From NCBI GenBank assembly GCA_039096225.1, contig JBBPEB010000008.1, forward strand, positions 62,001 through 126,000: a DNA stretch of 64,000 nucleotides, in the 5' to 3' direction. Under the pieces are notes generated by a model, which made no database searches, had not been told where the DNA came from, and was given only the letters and a program-made list of their open reading frames with translations. Every line of letters begins with the position of its first letter. Within the stretch, counting starts at the first letter, position 1. Of this stretch, positions 27,565 through 40,501 are shown in pieces. The DNA is from Blastocystis sp. Blastoise. Taxonomy: Eukaryota > Protista > Bigyra: Opalinata. The translations under genes were made by a program, and so were the position numbers.

Positions 27565-30500
27565 ATGAAATCATTCATTGTTTGCTTATTTATTGCTTTA
27601 GGTATTTAATTATAGTTATGAATCATGTGAGCATACTAATTGTGTATATATAGCTGTTGCACAAACATGTATATCTCCTAAGATGATTGTCAACATTAAA
27701 AGAACTTACAAAAGTTCTGCTACTCAAGAAGGTATTCAAATTTGGCAAGGTAATTACCAAACTGGTACTTTAATTGGTGAATGGAATGGTAATGGACATG
27801 ATAATACTATTCAAACTTATTCTCTCTGTTTATCTTCTACTTTACATACCCTTGTTGCTACTGATGGGTATATTTTTTTTTATACATAAGAATTAATAAC
27901 GTTTTTCATAGTGCTAAGGATGGATGGTATGATGGTTCTATTTTTGAAATTGTTACTAGATCTGGTGTTGTTATTCTTAAGGGTACACTTGATAGTTATC
28001 AACAAAAATTATTCACTTTCTATCGTAAGTTTTTATTTAAAACAAATTTTATTTTTAATTCACCAAATAATCTTCTCTTTCTTTAGCTGCTTTTTCTATA
28101 AAATCTACTGATTCTTGGAAATATTCTGCTGTCGCTCAAAGTGATAATCAATGGACTGCTGCTGGTTTTGCTGATTCTACTTGGACTTCTTATGCTCCTG
28201 GTTCTTTCCCTGAAGTTTCTTCTATTACTAGATATTTCCGTGCTACTGCTAGTGTTCCTTCAAATAAGAATAGTTTTGCTCTTGTAGATTGTGGTGTTTT
28301 AAGTAAGGATGGTGTTGCTATTTATATTAATGGTCAAGAAGTATATCGTCGTAATATTCCTACTGGTGCTTCTGGTAGTACTCCTGCTACTACTGTTGAT
28401 GCTGTATCTGCTTACAGACGTGTCACTTTCCCAGTTACTTCTTCTTTCCTTTCTGGTTCTACCGTTACTATGGCTGTTGAAGTTCATGGTGCTTCTGCTA
28501 CTCCTGTTGCTGAAGATTTCATGGGTATTTTAATCTTTGTTTATGGTCCTTCTGTTTCTCGTAATATGGATTTCACTGTTAATGCTGAAAGACCTGCTGA
28601 TTATTCTGGTGAACCTGTTGGTAATGCTTTTGATGGTGATATTCAAACTAAATGGTATATTAACCCTCTTCCTATTTGGGGTGAAATAAGATTCAATAAT
28701 GGTAGAAGAGAATGGGTAAATAGATATGTTTTAACTGTTGGTAGTTTTGGTATTTATCGTAGACCTACTTCCTGGAAGATTTTTGGTTCTAATGATGGTA
28801 CTAATTATGATCTTCTTGATGCTAGATCTCATTTTGATTGGGAAGGTACAAGACTTGACACTATGTTTGAAATGAATACAAATCAAAAGTCATATGAAAT
28901 TTATAGAATTCAAGTTTTAACTTCTGGTGGTACTGATAGTGAAATTGCTGAAATTCAATTCTATGCTACTACTAATGCTTATGTTACTCCTTCTCTTTCT
29001 TATGGTACTACTACCGTAAGTCTTATTGCTAATATGGATAGTAAACAATTAACTCCTACTCAAAATGGTTTCCAAAACTTTGCTATTAGTCCTGCTCTTC
29101 CTGCTGATGTTGGTGCTACTTTTGATCCTGTTACTGGTGCTATTACTCTTATTCCTACTGCTGTTATTACAGCTGCTCAATATCAAATTACTGCTTCTCA
29201 TGCTGTTACTGGACAAAGCTATACTACTTCTGTTATGATTAGTGCCACTCTTTGTCTTTCTCCTAATATTCGTTTCGATTTATTCCAACAAGTTGGTAAA
29301 GCTGGTACTACTGCTGGTGATGCTGAAACTGTTTCTGTCTTAAATTCTGCTGGTACTCAAATTTTCACTTCATCTCTTAGACCTACTGATTATACTGATT
29401 ATAATGAAAAAACCTATAAATTCTGTCAAGCACCTGGTATTTATGTTTTTAAATTAACTGCTGCTTCTTCTGCTGGTTTCTCTACTGCTTCTTATGTTTC
29501 TGTTGATATTTACAGAGCTGATGGTTCTAAATTAGTTGCTTCTAGAAGAAAACTTCTTAATAAGAGTAGTGATTCTTTCAATGAAGATATTTCTTTCAAT
29601 TTACCTACATCTACTAAGATTTTAACTGGTGTTACTTCCATTCCTGCTGGTTGGAATACTCTTTCTTTTGCTGATTCTGCTTGGGCTACTTATGTTAGTG
29701 AACCTGCTATGACTTCTACTAGTAGAATTGTTCTTGTTAGAAGTACATTTACTGTTACTCCTACTTCTGATACTCAAGGTTGGCAACTTAATTATAGAAC
29801 TAATGCTGGTACTATTGTTTATTTAGATGGTACAGAAATTATTCGTTTCCAAACTACTGAACCTGCTGGTACTACTCTTTCTACTACTTCTACTGCTAGT
29901 GCTAGTGACTATTCTTATGCTTGGAGAACTTTAACTGGTGTTATGTCTCAATTAACTGCTGGTTCTCATGTTTTCAGTATTGCTATGATTGCTAAATATA
30001 ATTCTTTTGCTACTGATCCTATTAATTTCGATTGTTTCCTTCGTTTCTTAGCTGATTCTAATACTAATTCTAGAACATGGAATATGGATAGCAAGCAATC
30101 TTCTGTTGTTTGGGATGATTCTAAAGCTGATAAATTATTTGATTCTAATTATAATACTCGTTTTGCTACTTGGTTTAGAGCTTCTAATCCTGCTCCTCAA
30201 TGGGGTGCTGGTAATTTAGAAGCATTATCTTTTGAAGTATTTAATAAATATTGTATTGTAAGTGGTTGGGATGCTCCTCAACATGATCCTAAGAAGATTA
30301 CTCTTTCTGCTTCTACTGGTAGTTGGGATGAAATTGCTTTTGAAATTATTGATGCTCAAGAAGACATTGTATTTGATGGAAGATCTCAACGTATTTGTTT
30401 CTATATGCCTACTGTTACTAAAGCTTATAATATTTTCAAGATTTCTGCTCTTGAAACTAATGTTGCTCCTCCTGATAATGATAGATTTTATCTTGCTGAA

Positions 30501-33500
30501 TTAGAATTCTATTTAATTGATTTCAATAAACTTACTATTCCTCCTCTTGCTTATTCTGCTTCTTCTGTTACTGGTTATACTAATTCTCAAATTACTTCTT
30601 TATATCCTACTTCTGAATATTATAGACAATTTACTACTACTCCTGCTCTTCCTGCTGGTATAACTCTTTCTGCTTCTACTGGTATTATTTCTGGTACTCC
30701 TACTGCTCCTTCTTCTGGTACTTATACTATTTCTGCTACTGGTATTACTGGTACTGCTACTACTGTTAGTGTTACTATTACTATTCAAGCTTGTACTTTA
30801 CCTAATGTTTTCTTTAAGGTAGTTTTCACTGGTATGGATGATGCTAATGCTTATCAAAATGGTTTCTCTCTTAGTAATATGGCTGGACAAGTTATTGATA
30901 AATTAGATACTTTCCCTAATTATTTACTTACTGGTTTAACTCGTGGTTATTGTCAACCTTCTGGTGCTTATTCTCTTATTTTAAAGGATGCTTTTAATGA
31001 TGGTTGGAATAATGCTAAAGTTACTGTTTATAATTATGATGATATTATTATTCTTCAAGATACTCTTCTTTCTGGAGACTCTTCTAAGACTTTATATATT
31101 AATGTTGGTTATTTAGTTGCTTTTGGTCAAAGTTCTTGGAAATATACTTCTACTGTTCAATCTGATGCTGCTTGGGCTGCTACTACTTTCAGTGATGCTA
31201 CTTGGTCTACTGCTCAAGCTGGTTCTTTCACTGGTTTAACTGGTACTACTGTTTATTATAGAACTACTTTTACTGTTAATAATCTTGAACAATTCTCTCT
31301 TTATGAATTATCTCTTAAGATTAAGTCTGGTGTTATTGCTTATATTAATGGTAAAGAAGTTTATAGATATGCTGTTCCTACTACTGGTGTTACTTCTTCT
31401 ACTTTAGCTACTAGTGAATTTGATGATGTTACTGTTGTTACTTCTTCTGAATCTGCTCAATATGGTAGTTTAGTTAATGGACAAAATGTTTTAGCGGTTG
31501 AAATTCATAGATATGGTCCTTCTCAAGAAACTACTTTTGATGCCCAAGTTGTTCTTCAATTATCAGGAAATAATAGAGTTTCTGGTGGTACTGTTAAGAC
31601 TAATGTTCCTGGTTTAAATACCGATCAATGGCATGAAACTGAAGATAAGGCTTTTGATCGTAATATGGATACTAAATATTATGCTCAAGGTTGTGGTCAA
31701 ACTATTTGGTTAGAATATATTTATAATTATAATCGTAAAGAATATGTTTCTTCTGTTGCTGTTTCTCGTGCTAACAATTGGAATCGTAAACCTACTGCTT
31801 TCATTTTATCTGCTTCTAATGATGGTATTAACTATATTACTCTTACTTGTGATTTCAATATGACTTTTGGTAATTATAAATCTGCTGCTGGTACTAAAAC
31901 TTATGATTTCTTTAATAATGTTGCTTATAATAGATATAGATTTACTTTTGATACTCGTTCTTGTTCTGAAGGTGTAGAAATTTCTGAATTAGCTCTTACT
32001 TCTAAGAGAATTGATATTTCTTGTGTTGCTTCTAGTATTTGGGGGCCTGCTGTTGAAGGTGGTTATTCATTCCAAGAATGTCCTAATGGTTATCTTGGTG
32101 TTAAGAGAAGATTATGTACTGCTGGTGTATTTGGTGATGAACAAGATTTATGTTATCTTACTGCTCCTTCTGATCTTTCTTATATTGATTCTCCTTTTAC
32201 TTTACATAAAAATATTTTTTCTTCTATTCCTGCTACTATATTTGGTGCTGAATTAACATATACTATTGATCCTGTTCTTCCTAATGGTCTTACTATTAAT
32301 CAAATTAATGGAATGATTTCTGGTATACCTACTACGAATTCTGATATTACTACTTATACTGTTACTGCTACTAATGAATTTGGTTCTGTTTCTACTACTA
32401 TTTTCATTTACATTGATGTAGTATTTTGTATTTCTGAAGATAATTGGTCTATTACTGAGATTGGTCAAGAAGCTTCATTACCTTGTGAAGATCCTATTAA
32501 TTATGAAGGATCAAGAACTAGATTATGCCAAATTGGTTATCCTGCTATTTGGGGAGATATTATTAATAATTGTGAATTAAGAAAGCCAAGTATAATATAT
32601 ACAGTACCTACAACTATTGGATATAAAAATATTCCTATTACTCCTATTACTGCTCTTATAACTGGAAGTAATTTGAATCCTTTAACTATATCTCCTTCTC
32701 TTCCTAATGGTTTATTATTCAATTCTATTACTGGATTAATATATGGTACACCTACTACTACTACTTCTTCTTCTTCTGTATTATATACTATTACGATTTC
32801 TAATCCTAGAGGTGAATCTACTGCTACTATTACTATTACTATAAAAGATAGTAGTTGTCCTATTGATGATATTTGGCCTATTACAGAAGCTGGAGAACAA
32901 GCTATTTTAGATTGTGAAGATACTATTAATTATGAAGGATTTAGAACAAGATTATGTATAAGAGGAGATCCTGCTGTTTGGGGAGATATTATTAATAATT
33001 GTCAACTTTTATTACCTACTATCTCATATGCTACTAATACTATAATAGGTAATAAAAATAATGCTATTACTCCTGTGGCTGCTACTATTACAGGTGGTAA
33101 TTTGAATCCTTTAACTATATCTCCTTCTCTTCCTGATGGATTAATATTTAATACTGAGAATGGTCAAATATATGGTATTCCTACTTCTGATTCTTCTAAT
33201 ACTTATACTATTACAATTTCTAATTCAAAAGGTCAATCTACTGCTACTATAACAATTACGATAAGTGCTTCTAATTGTATTTCTGATGATATTTGGCCTA
33301 TTACAGAAGCTGGTCAACAAATTACTTTACCATGTGAAGATACTATTAATTATGAAGGATTTAGAACAAGATTATGTAAACTTGAATATCCTGCTGTTTG
33401 GGGAGATATTATTAATAATTGTCAACTAAAAATGCCTTCAATTATATATGATATCACAACTATTACTGGTTATAAGAATGTTGCTATTAATTCTGTTAAT

Positions 33501-35258
33501 GCTACTATTACAGGTAGTAATTTGAATTCTATTACTATTAATCCTTCTCTTCCTGATGGATTAGTATTTAATACTGAAAATGGTCAAATATATGGTACAC
33601 CTACTTCTTCTTCTTCTGGTTCTTATGTTATTACTGTATCTAATACAAGAGGAGAAGATAATATTGTTATTAATATTATTATTAGTACTTTTAATTGTAT
33701 TTCTGATGATATTTGGCCTATTACAGAAGCTGGAGAGCAAGTTACTTTACCATGTGAAGATCCTATTAATTATGAAGGATTTAGAACAAGATTATGTTTA
33801 TTAGGAAATCCTGCTGTTTGGGAAGATGCCGTTAATAATTGTCAACTAAAGAATCCTTCGATTTCTTATACAACTACTACTATTACTGGATATAAAAATA
33901 TTGGTATTACTCCTATTATGGCTTCTATTACAGGTGGTAATTTGAATCCTTTAACTATATCTCCTTCTCTTCCTGATGGATTAATACTTAATAATCAAAA
34001 TGGTCAAATATATGGTACACCTACTTCTGATTCTTCTAATACTTATACTATTACTATATCTAATTCAAGAGGAGAATATACTACTACTATTACTATTATT
34101 ATTAGTATTGCTAATTGTCCTGATGATATTATTTGGCCTATTACAGAAATTGGTAACCAAGTTACTTTACCTTGTGAAGATCCTATTAATTATGAAGGAT
34201 TTAGAACAAGATTATGTAAACTTGGTTATCCTGCTGTTTGGGGAGATATTATTAATAATTGTGAATTAAAGATACCTTCAATTTCTTATAATACAAATAC
34301 TATTATTGGATATAAGAATGATATTATTACTCCAATTATGGCTTCTATTACAGGTGGTAATCTTAATCCTTTAACTATATCTCCTTCTCTTCCTGATGGA
34401 TTAATATTTAATACTCAAAATGGCTTTATATATGGTATTCCTACTTCAGCTTCTTCTAATAGTTATACTATTACTGCTTCTAATGCAAGAGGAGAATCTA
34501 CTGCTACTATTACTATTACGATAAGTATTGTTTATTGTCCTTCTGATGATAATTGGCCTATTACAGAAAGAGATATAACTGCTTATATTGAATGTCCTTC
34601 TGGTCAATTAGGTATTCAAAGTCGTGTTTGTCAAAATACAGGTGTTGGTACTGCTTCTTGGCAAATTGCTGATAGTTCTGATTGTTATATATTTATTACA
34701 AATGAGAATCCTGGTGATAATAAAATATTTATTGATGTTCCTATAAAACTTGAAGGATTAACTGAAACTGCTTTTAATACTCCTTCTACTACTGAAACAT
34801 TTAGAACACTTATTGTTCAATCACTTACTAGTTATTCTATTCCTTCATCTGCTGTAAAGATTATTAGTGTTTCTAGTATATCTACTTATACTGATGGTGT
34901 TTCAGTTAATGTAAGAATAACTGCTAATCAAGCTGATGAAGATAATATAAAGAATGATATAAATACTTTATTTACTGGTATTGATTCTATTCTTCTTAAA
35001 GCATGTAAAACAAGTAATGATTCTAATCTTCAAAATATTACTAATACTTCAATTAATGGAAAAATAGTATCAACAGGTAATTCTCTTTCAGTCACAACAA
35101 TTATTCTTATTGTTGTTATTGTCATTCTTGTTATACTTTTGATATTAATATTTGTTCTAAAAAATATAAAGAAAGAAAAGAAAGAAAAGAAATTACAACC
35201 TCATAAAAAAACACCTGAAATCGAAACTGTTAAAGTTGAAAAACCTGTTACGTTATAA
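27565..35258 (+). CDS. Large type-I membrane surface protein B, paralogue of A; 4 exons
   Basis: ATG at 27565 (MKSFIVCLFIAL), three short introns at positions equivalent to the first three of gene A, then the long exon containing the 2262-aa ORF; same domain order as A. Confidence 0.9.
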
Positions 35259-36624
35259 TGCTTTTGTTTATAATTTCATATATATATATATTATTATTAT
35301 TTTTTTATTTTATTTTTAATAATTATTCATGATTAATATTATAATAATATTCTATTAGTTTTGTTATATAATAATCATATTAAACATTGATTAAAATATA
35401 TATTTTTTACTTGTTTACTAATATATTATTAATCATATTTCTTATATATATATCAATATATTTTTCAAATATTGTTTCGTTTAAAATGATATTTTTATAA
35501 ATTGCTTTCCAAAATGAAACTTTATTACAAAGCTACAATTGTTATAAAAGAATATGAAACTTTTGTTAATTTTTGATAGTTAAAATTTTATTATTATATA
35601 AAGTGACATAGAGTAGTTTCTTATGATAATAACATAATGTTGGGAAAACATTAATTCTCTGTTATGATTAAAAGTATTATGTAATAATTATGTTGATAAT
35701 ATTTTAATATCATAAACATATTTAAACAATAAATTTACAAAACTATTTTTAAACCTGTTAAAAAATGATAATATATATAATGAAAAAAACTTATTAAAAA
35801 CATGAAAATATATATATATATAAAGAAAGAAAATAAGAGAAATAATAATGTATTATTATATTTTAAGCTCTTCCCCAGACTTCATAATCTTCAACTGTAA
35901 AAATATTTTTAGAATTAGTATTACTAGTATTCACAAATAATGATGAGTATTGATGAGTATTGACTTCAGAATAGCAAGATGCTTTACAATAAGAATTCGT
36001 ATTACTATGACATTGATTAGATATATAGATATCATAGCCCATTCCAAATGTTGGACCATAAGAAGAATAACAATATATAGCTTTATTATTAGTTTTATAA
36101 TTATAATCATATTGAGTAGGAGGAATACCATGCTCATTACTTAAAGTAAAGAGAAATTCTTTAGAATAAGGTTTCCAATCTATATAATCATATTGAGTAA
36201 CTATATAAAATGAATAAATATATTACCTGAACCAGCCCAACTTTGATCTGTATATCCACCAAATATATTAATATGATTATTATGGCCTATATGCTTAATA
36301 AGAGTAACTGTTTCTCCTTTATTATCACAATATTTATGAAATTCACTTGCTTTATAATCATGCTCACTTGCTCTATATATATATATATATAATATAATAT
36401 AATAAAGTATAAATACCTAAATAATAATTTCCATTTCTTTTCTTTACCAAGCCAATTCATTAAAGGTATTTCCATGGATTTATTAGTAAGTATACGTGTA
36501 TAGGGGAAATATGAATAAGGGATTATACATTCATCCACTATATTTATTACTTTATCACCAAATAATCTACACATTTCATTTTCTAATAATTGTTTATTCA
36601 TATTGTTCATTTCTTCTTCTGAAA
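32036..36624. repeat. Right arm of the 4.59-kb inverted repeat
   Basis: Reverse complement of 16549-21137; differences seen are a diverged patch at about 32237-32590 and a SNP at 33516 (partner 19657). Confidence 0.95.
35863..36624 (-). pseudogene. 5'-truncated duplicate of the TLDc gene
   Basis: Matches 16549-17310 but lacks the first ~270 codons; the match stops at 36624. Confidence 0.88.
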
Positions 36625-36638
36625 GGTTAGGGTTAGGG
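36625..36638 (+). repeat. Interstitial telomere-like repeat GGTTAGGGTTAGGG at the duplication breakpoint
   Basis: Starts at the first base after the inverted-repeat match and is followed by A9; single TTAGGG units recur near 36836 and 36865 inside a ~29-bp tandem pair. Confidence 0.75.
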
Positions 36639-36740
36639 AAAAAAAAATATATAATGAGAGTATGTTAAAAAATGTTATAATATTTTTTAATATTATAAAT
36701 ATAATTGGATAAAAAAAGATTTATTTAATTTAATTGGTAG

Positions 36741-36787
36741 TCTAGAATTCTAGAATTCTAGAATCTAGGATTGTAGAATTGTAGAAT
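36741..36787. repeat. Short (TCTAGAAT/TGTAGAAT)n 8-mer tandem array
   Basis: tctagaattctagaattctagaatctaggattgtagaattgtagaat. Confidence 0.8.
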
Positions 36788-38094
36788 GAAATAAACCAAT
36801 AGAATGAATTAAAAAAAAAGTGAAATAAAATAGTGTTAGGGTAAAAAAGTGAATAAAAATAGTATTAGGGTTAAAAAATCTACAATTCACTCGTTTTTGT
36901 CAAAATTATGACTCGTTTTTGGTGATTTTTATTTGAGAAAATGATAAATATGTCCTAAATACGTCTACTTCTGAGAAGTATGTCTTTTATTTTTGCATAA
37001 GTGATAAATATGTCGCTTTGTGCTGTTAGGTTCTGAATTTATTATCCAATCATTTGTTATCTTATATTCTTTTGAAGCTCTACATTTCTTTTTCTTTATT
37101 ATTCATGAAAATTTATTTTTTATTTTTTCATTTTTTATTTTTATTTTATTAAATACAAATGAATGATATGTATCCATTTGGATGAAACATAATATGTCAA
37201 TATATTCTGTATAATAGATAAATTTATCTTTTAGAATAGAATTATACATTCGATTTTTCAATAGCCCGTTAAAAGGTAGATTATATACTTTTAAAACAAT
37301 AGACTGCATAGTTTATTACAAAATATACAATAATAATGAAATTCAATCAATATTAGAATTTATAATGAGAATATTTTTAAATATTTCTTTTATTGTAAGA
37401 TTTTATTCTTAACATCCTTTATACCTTGTCAAAATCAGTCACTATACAAAAATTTAAACTCATATAACAACTTTTGAAGACCAAGAGAATACTGAAATTA
37501 AATACATATTTGTAATTATGCAGTTATTAGTACTTCATTATAAGTGATTAATATAAATATTTATATGAAATCCGTTAAGTACATGCTTACGGCCTAATTC
37601 TTAGAATTTCTTCTAAAATTCGTTTAATAGAGTGAGATTCAAAATAATATTGGCTTTTACATATATTACAGACATTCGTCTATATTTTCTCAAAAGGAGA
37701 GGAGATATTGTTCTGTGTCAAGTAAATGTCGAAATGTAAAATGTTGTTAAAAATTTACAAATTTACATATATTGCGTTTAATTAGCTACGCTAATTATAC
37801 TGACAAGAAATCAGCTTATAATAGCAAGCTTAAGTGTTTAAAATCTTGATAATTGCTAAATAATTTTCTGTATTTGGCTCATTTTGATAATGAAATGATT
37901 ATTCTCTGTTTTTATATTATAGTTGACTCAAAACTAACATAAATTCATTAACCTACACTATTGAGAATACATCAGATTACAACTCATATCAGGTACTGTT
38001 CGCTTTTAAAGCATGAAAAACTATAAAAAAAAATAATACAGATTTTCATGAGTGTGAATAGAACTTTTAAACAGATTCTTATTAAATAAAACAT

Positions 38095-38140
<46 letters not shown>

Positions 38141-38208
38141 GCTTATGTCAGGAGTTGAACCTGATGGCCATGTAATTATTAAAGCCTCTCACCTTATAGA
38201 GCATAAGA
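38141..38208 (-). ncRNA. Non-canonical tRNA-like element, copy 1 (68 nt)
   Basis: TCTTATG CTCTATAAGGTGAG AG GCTTTAATAATTACATGGC CA TCAGGTTCAACTCCTGA CATAAGC; perfect T-arm and B-box, 6 of 7 acceptor pairs, weak anticodon arm. Confidence 0.55.
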
Positions 38209-38429
38209 GTTATAACAGTATTAATATATATATATATATATAAAGAAGCATATATTATATATGAATGAATATTAATATGATATATATGTATATTTATAAA
38301 GAAAAAATTATTCAACTAAATATTAATTAATGTAGGAATAAGAATCATGTAAATAGATATAAATTACTAAAATAGTAATCAATAATATAAAAAAAAAATA
38401 AATCTTTTTATTAATAAAAACAGAAAATA

Positions 38430-40450
38430 TATAATATAATAATATATTTAATAGATAGAAATTAGTTAAATATGAAAAAGAAGTCTATATATGACAAATA
38501 TAAAAAAAAATAAAAGACAGAAACTAAGTATTAAAAAATGAAGAAAGGAGGATGAAGCTAACTAAAAGGATATAGAGTAAGAAAAAAAATATAAAGAAGA
38601 ATTAAAAGAAAATGAAATAATACTAGAAAATATTTTAAGAATTAAAAAAGAAGGACAATAAAAAGTACTATATAATAGAATAATTAGAAAAGAAGATGTA
38701 GAAAGAAATTAGAAGAATAGTCAAGGAAAATAAAGTATGAGGAGAGTATACATAGGAAGTACAATAGAGTGGAGACATCTAAAAGAAAAGAAATAACTAT
38801 TCAAAAGAGATAGAGTAGGAATATAAAATATATATATATAAGAATGAATTGCAAATGATACTATATGTTATAATAGAGTAAAATATTGAGATTAGATAAA
38901 ATGACGATAATATGAAGGGAAAGGAGTAGAAGATTTAGAAAGCAGAAAAATAGGAAGAAGAATAAGAAGATTGAACAGAAAAACATAGAAAGAAGGAGAT
39001 TGAGAAGAAAAAGAATGAGGTAATAAGAATAAAAATGAGATTGAGAAAGAAGAAGAAGAAGAAGAAGAAGAAGAAGAAAGAGAAAGAGAAAGAGAAGTAG
39101 AAGTAGAAGGAGAAGTAGAAGTAGAAGGAGAAGTAGAAGGAGAAGGAGAAGTAGAAAAAGAGAAGTAGAAGTAGAAGGAGAAGGAGAAGGAGAAGGAGAA
39201 GGAGAAGTAGAAGTAGAAGTAGAAGTAGAAGTAGAAGTAGAAGAAGAAGAAGAAGAAGAAGAAGAAGAAGAAGAAGAAGAAGAAGAAGAAGAAGAAGAAG
39301 AAGAAGAAGAAGGAGAAGGAGAAGGAGAACAAGGAGATTGAGAATGAGAACAAGGAAAAGAGCGAAAAGAAAAAAAAGAATATATCGAAAAAGAAGAATA
39401 TATATATAAAGAAGAAGAATAAGGAGAATAATGATATATAGACGAAGAATAAGATAAACAGAAGATACAGAAAAGAAGGAGAAGGAAGAGAAAAGAAGAA
39501 GTACAATAGAAAAATATGTTGGAAAATAATGATAAATAGAAGATATAGAAGAAGAAGTAGATGCAGAAAATATAGAAGAAAGATATATAGACGAGGATAG
39601 AGAAGAATAAGTAGAATATATATATAGAAGAAGAAAAAAGGTGAAGAATGATAAATAGAAGACATAGAAGAAGAATAAGAAGATAAAGGAGGTACATAAG
39701 ATATAGGAGGAGAATGATATGGAGAAAATGTAGAATAAGAATAAGGATAAATAGAAGAGAAAATACAGATGAAGGAGATAGAGAGAAAAAGAATATATAG
39801 AGAAGAATGTATAGAAAGAGAAGAAGAAGAGAAGAAGAAAAATAAGATCAAATAGAAGAAGAAGAAACAGAAGGAGAGAGAAAGAAGGTGATTCAGAATT
39901 AAAATAAATAGAAGAAGGATAAATAGAAGAAGGATAAATAGATGAAGAAGAACGAGAAGGGAATGAACAAAGGGACAGAGAATAAGGATATATAGAAGAA
40001 GAAGTAATAAAGAAAGAACATGTAGATGAGAATTAAAAGGAATAAAGAATAAGGAAAGTATAATTGGAAGAAGATGAGAAAAAGAAGTAATAATATAGAA
40101 GGAAATAAAGAAGAAGAATAGGAAAAGGAAGAGTTGAAGGAAATGAAAAAGAAGAAGATCATGATAAAGAGAAGGAAATGAAGAGAGTATGTAATGATAG
40201 GAGAAGAAGAGCCAGTAATAATTATGGAGGAAAGAAGAAAGTGAAGGAAAAACTAGAATATAGAATAGAAGAACATGAAATAAAACATACTATAAAGTAA
40301 TATTAAGAAAAACAATAACTGTATTATGTAACATAAGAGTATAAGAATAAAAATGAGTAAAAACTAGAGAGTAGATGAATGGAAGAGAGAAGAGGAGAAC
40401 AAGGCCAATTCAGGACAAGAGGAGAAAATAAGAATGAAGAAAAACAAATA
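38430..40450. repeat. Polypurine (GA-rich on +) low-complexity tract with (GAA)n, (GAAGTA)n and (GAAGGA)n runs
   Basis: Direct composition; no long ORF on the purine strand. Confidence 0.85.
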
Positions 40451-40463
40451 TATAAAAGTTTTG

Positions 40464-40501
<38 letters not shown>

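Noticed and set aside
21138-32035. Recombinase-driven phase-variation switch
   Set aside because: No recombinase or short recombination sites were seen, and inversion between the arms would leave both genes and their promoter essentially unchanged; kept only as a possible passive inversion.
35256-35270. Blastocystis-type polyadenylation-created stop codon (TGTTTGTT-like motif after gene B)
   Set aside because: The gene has a genomic TAA and the downstream TGCTTTTGTT is only a loose match; all complete genes here have encoded stops.
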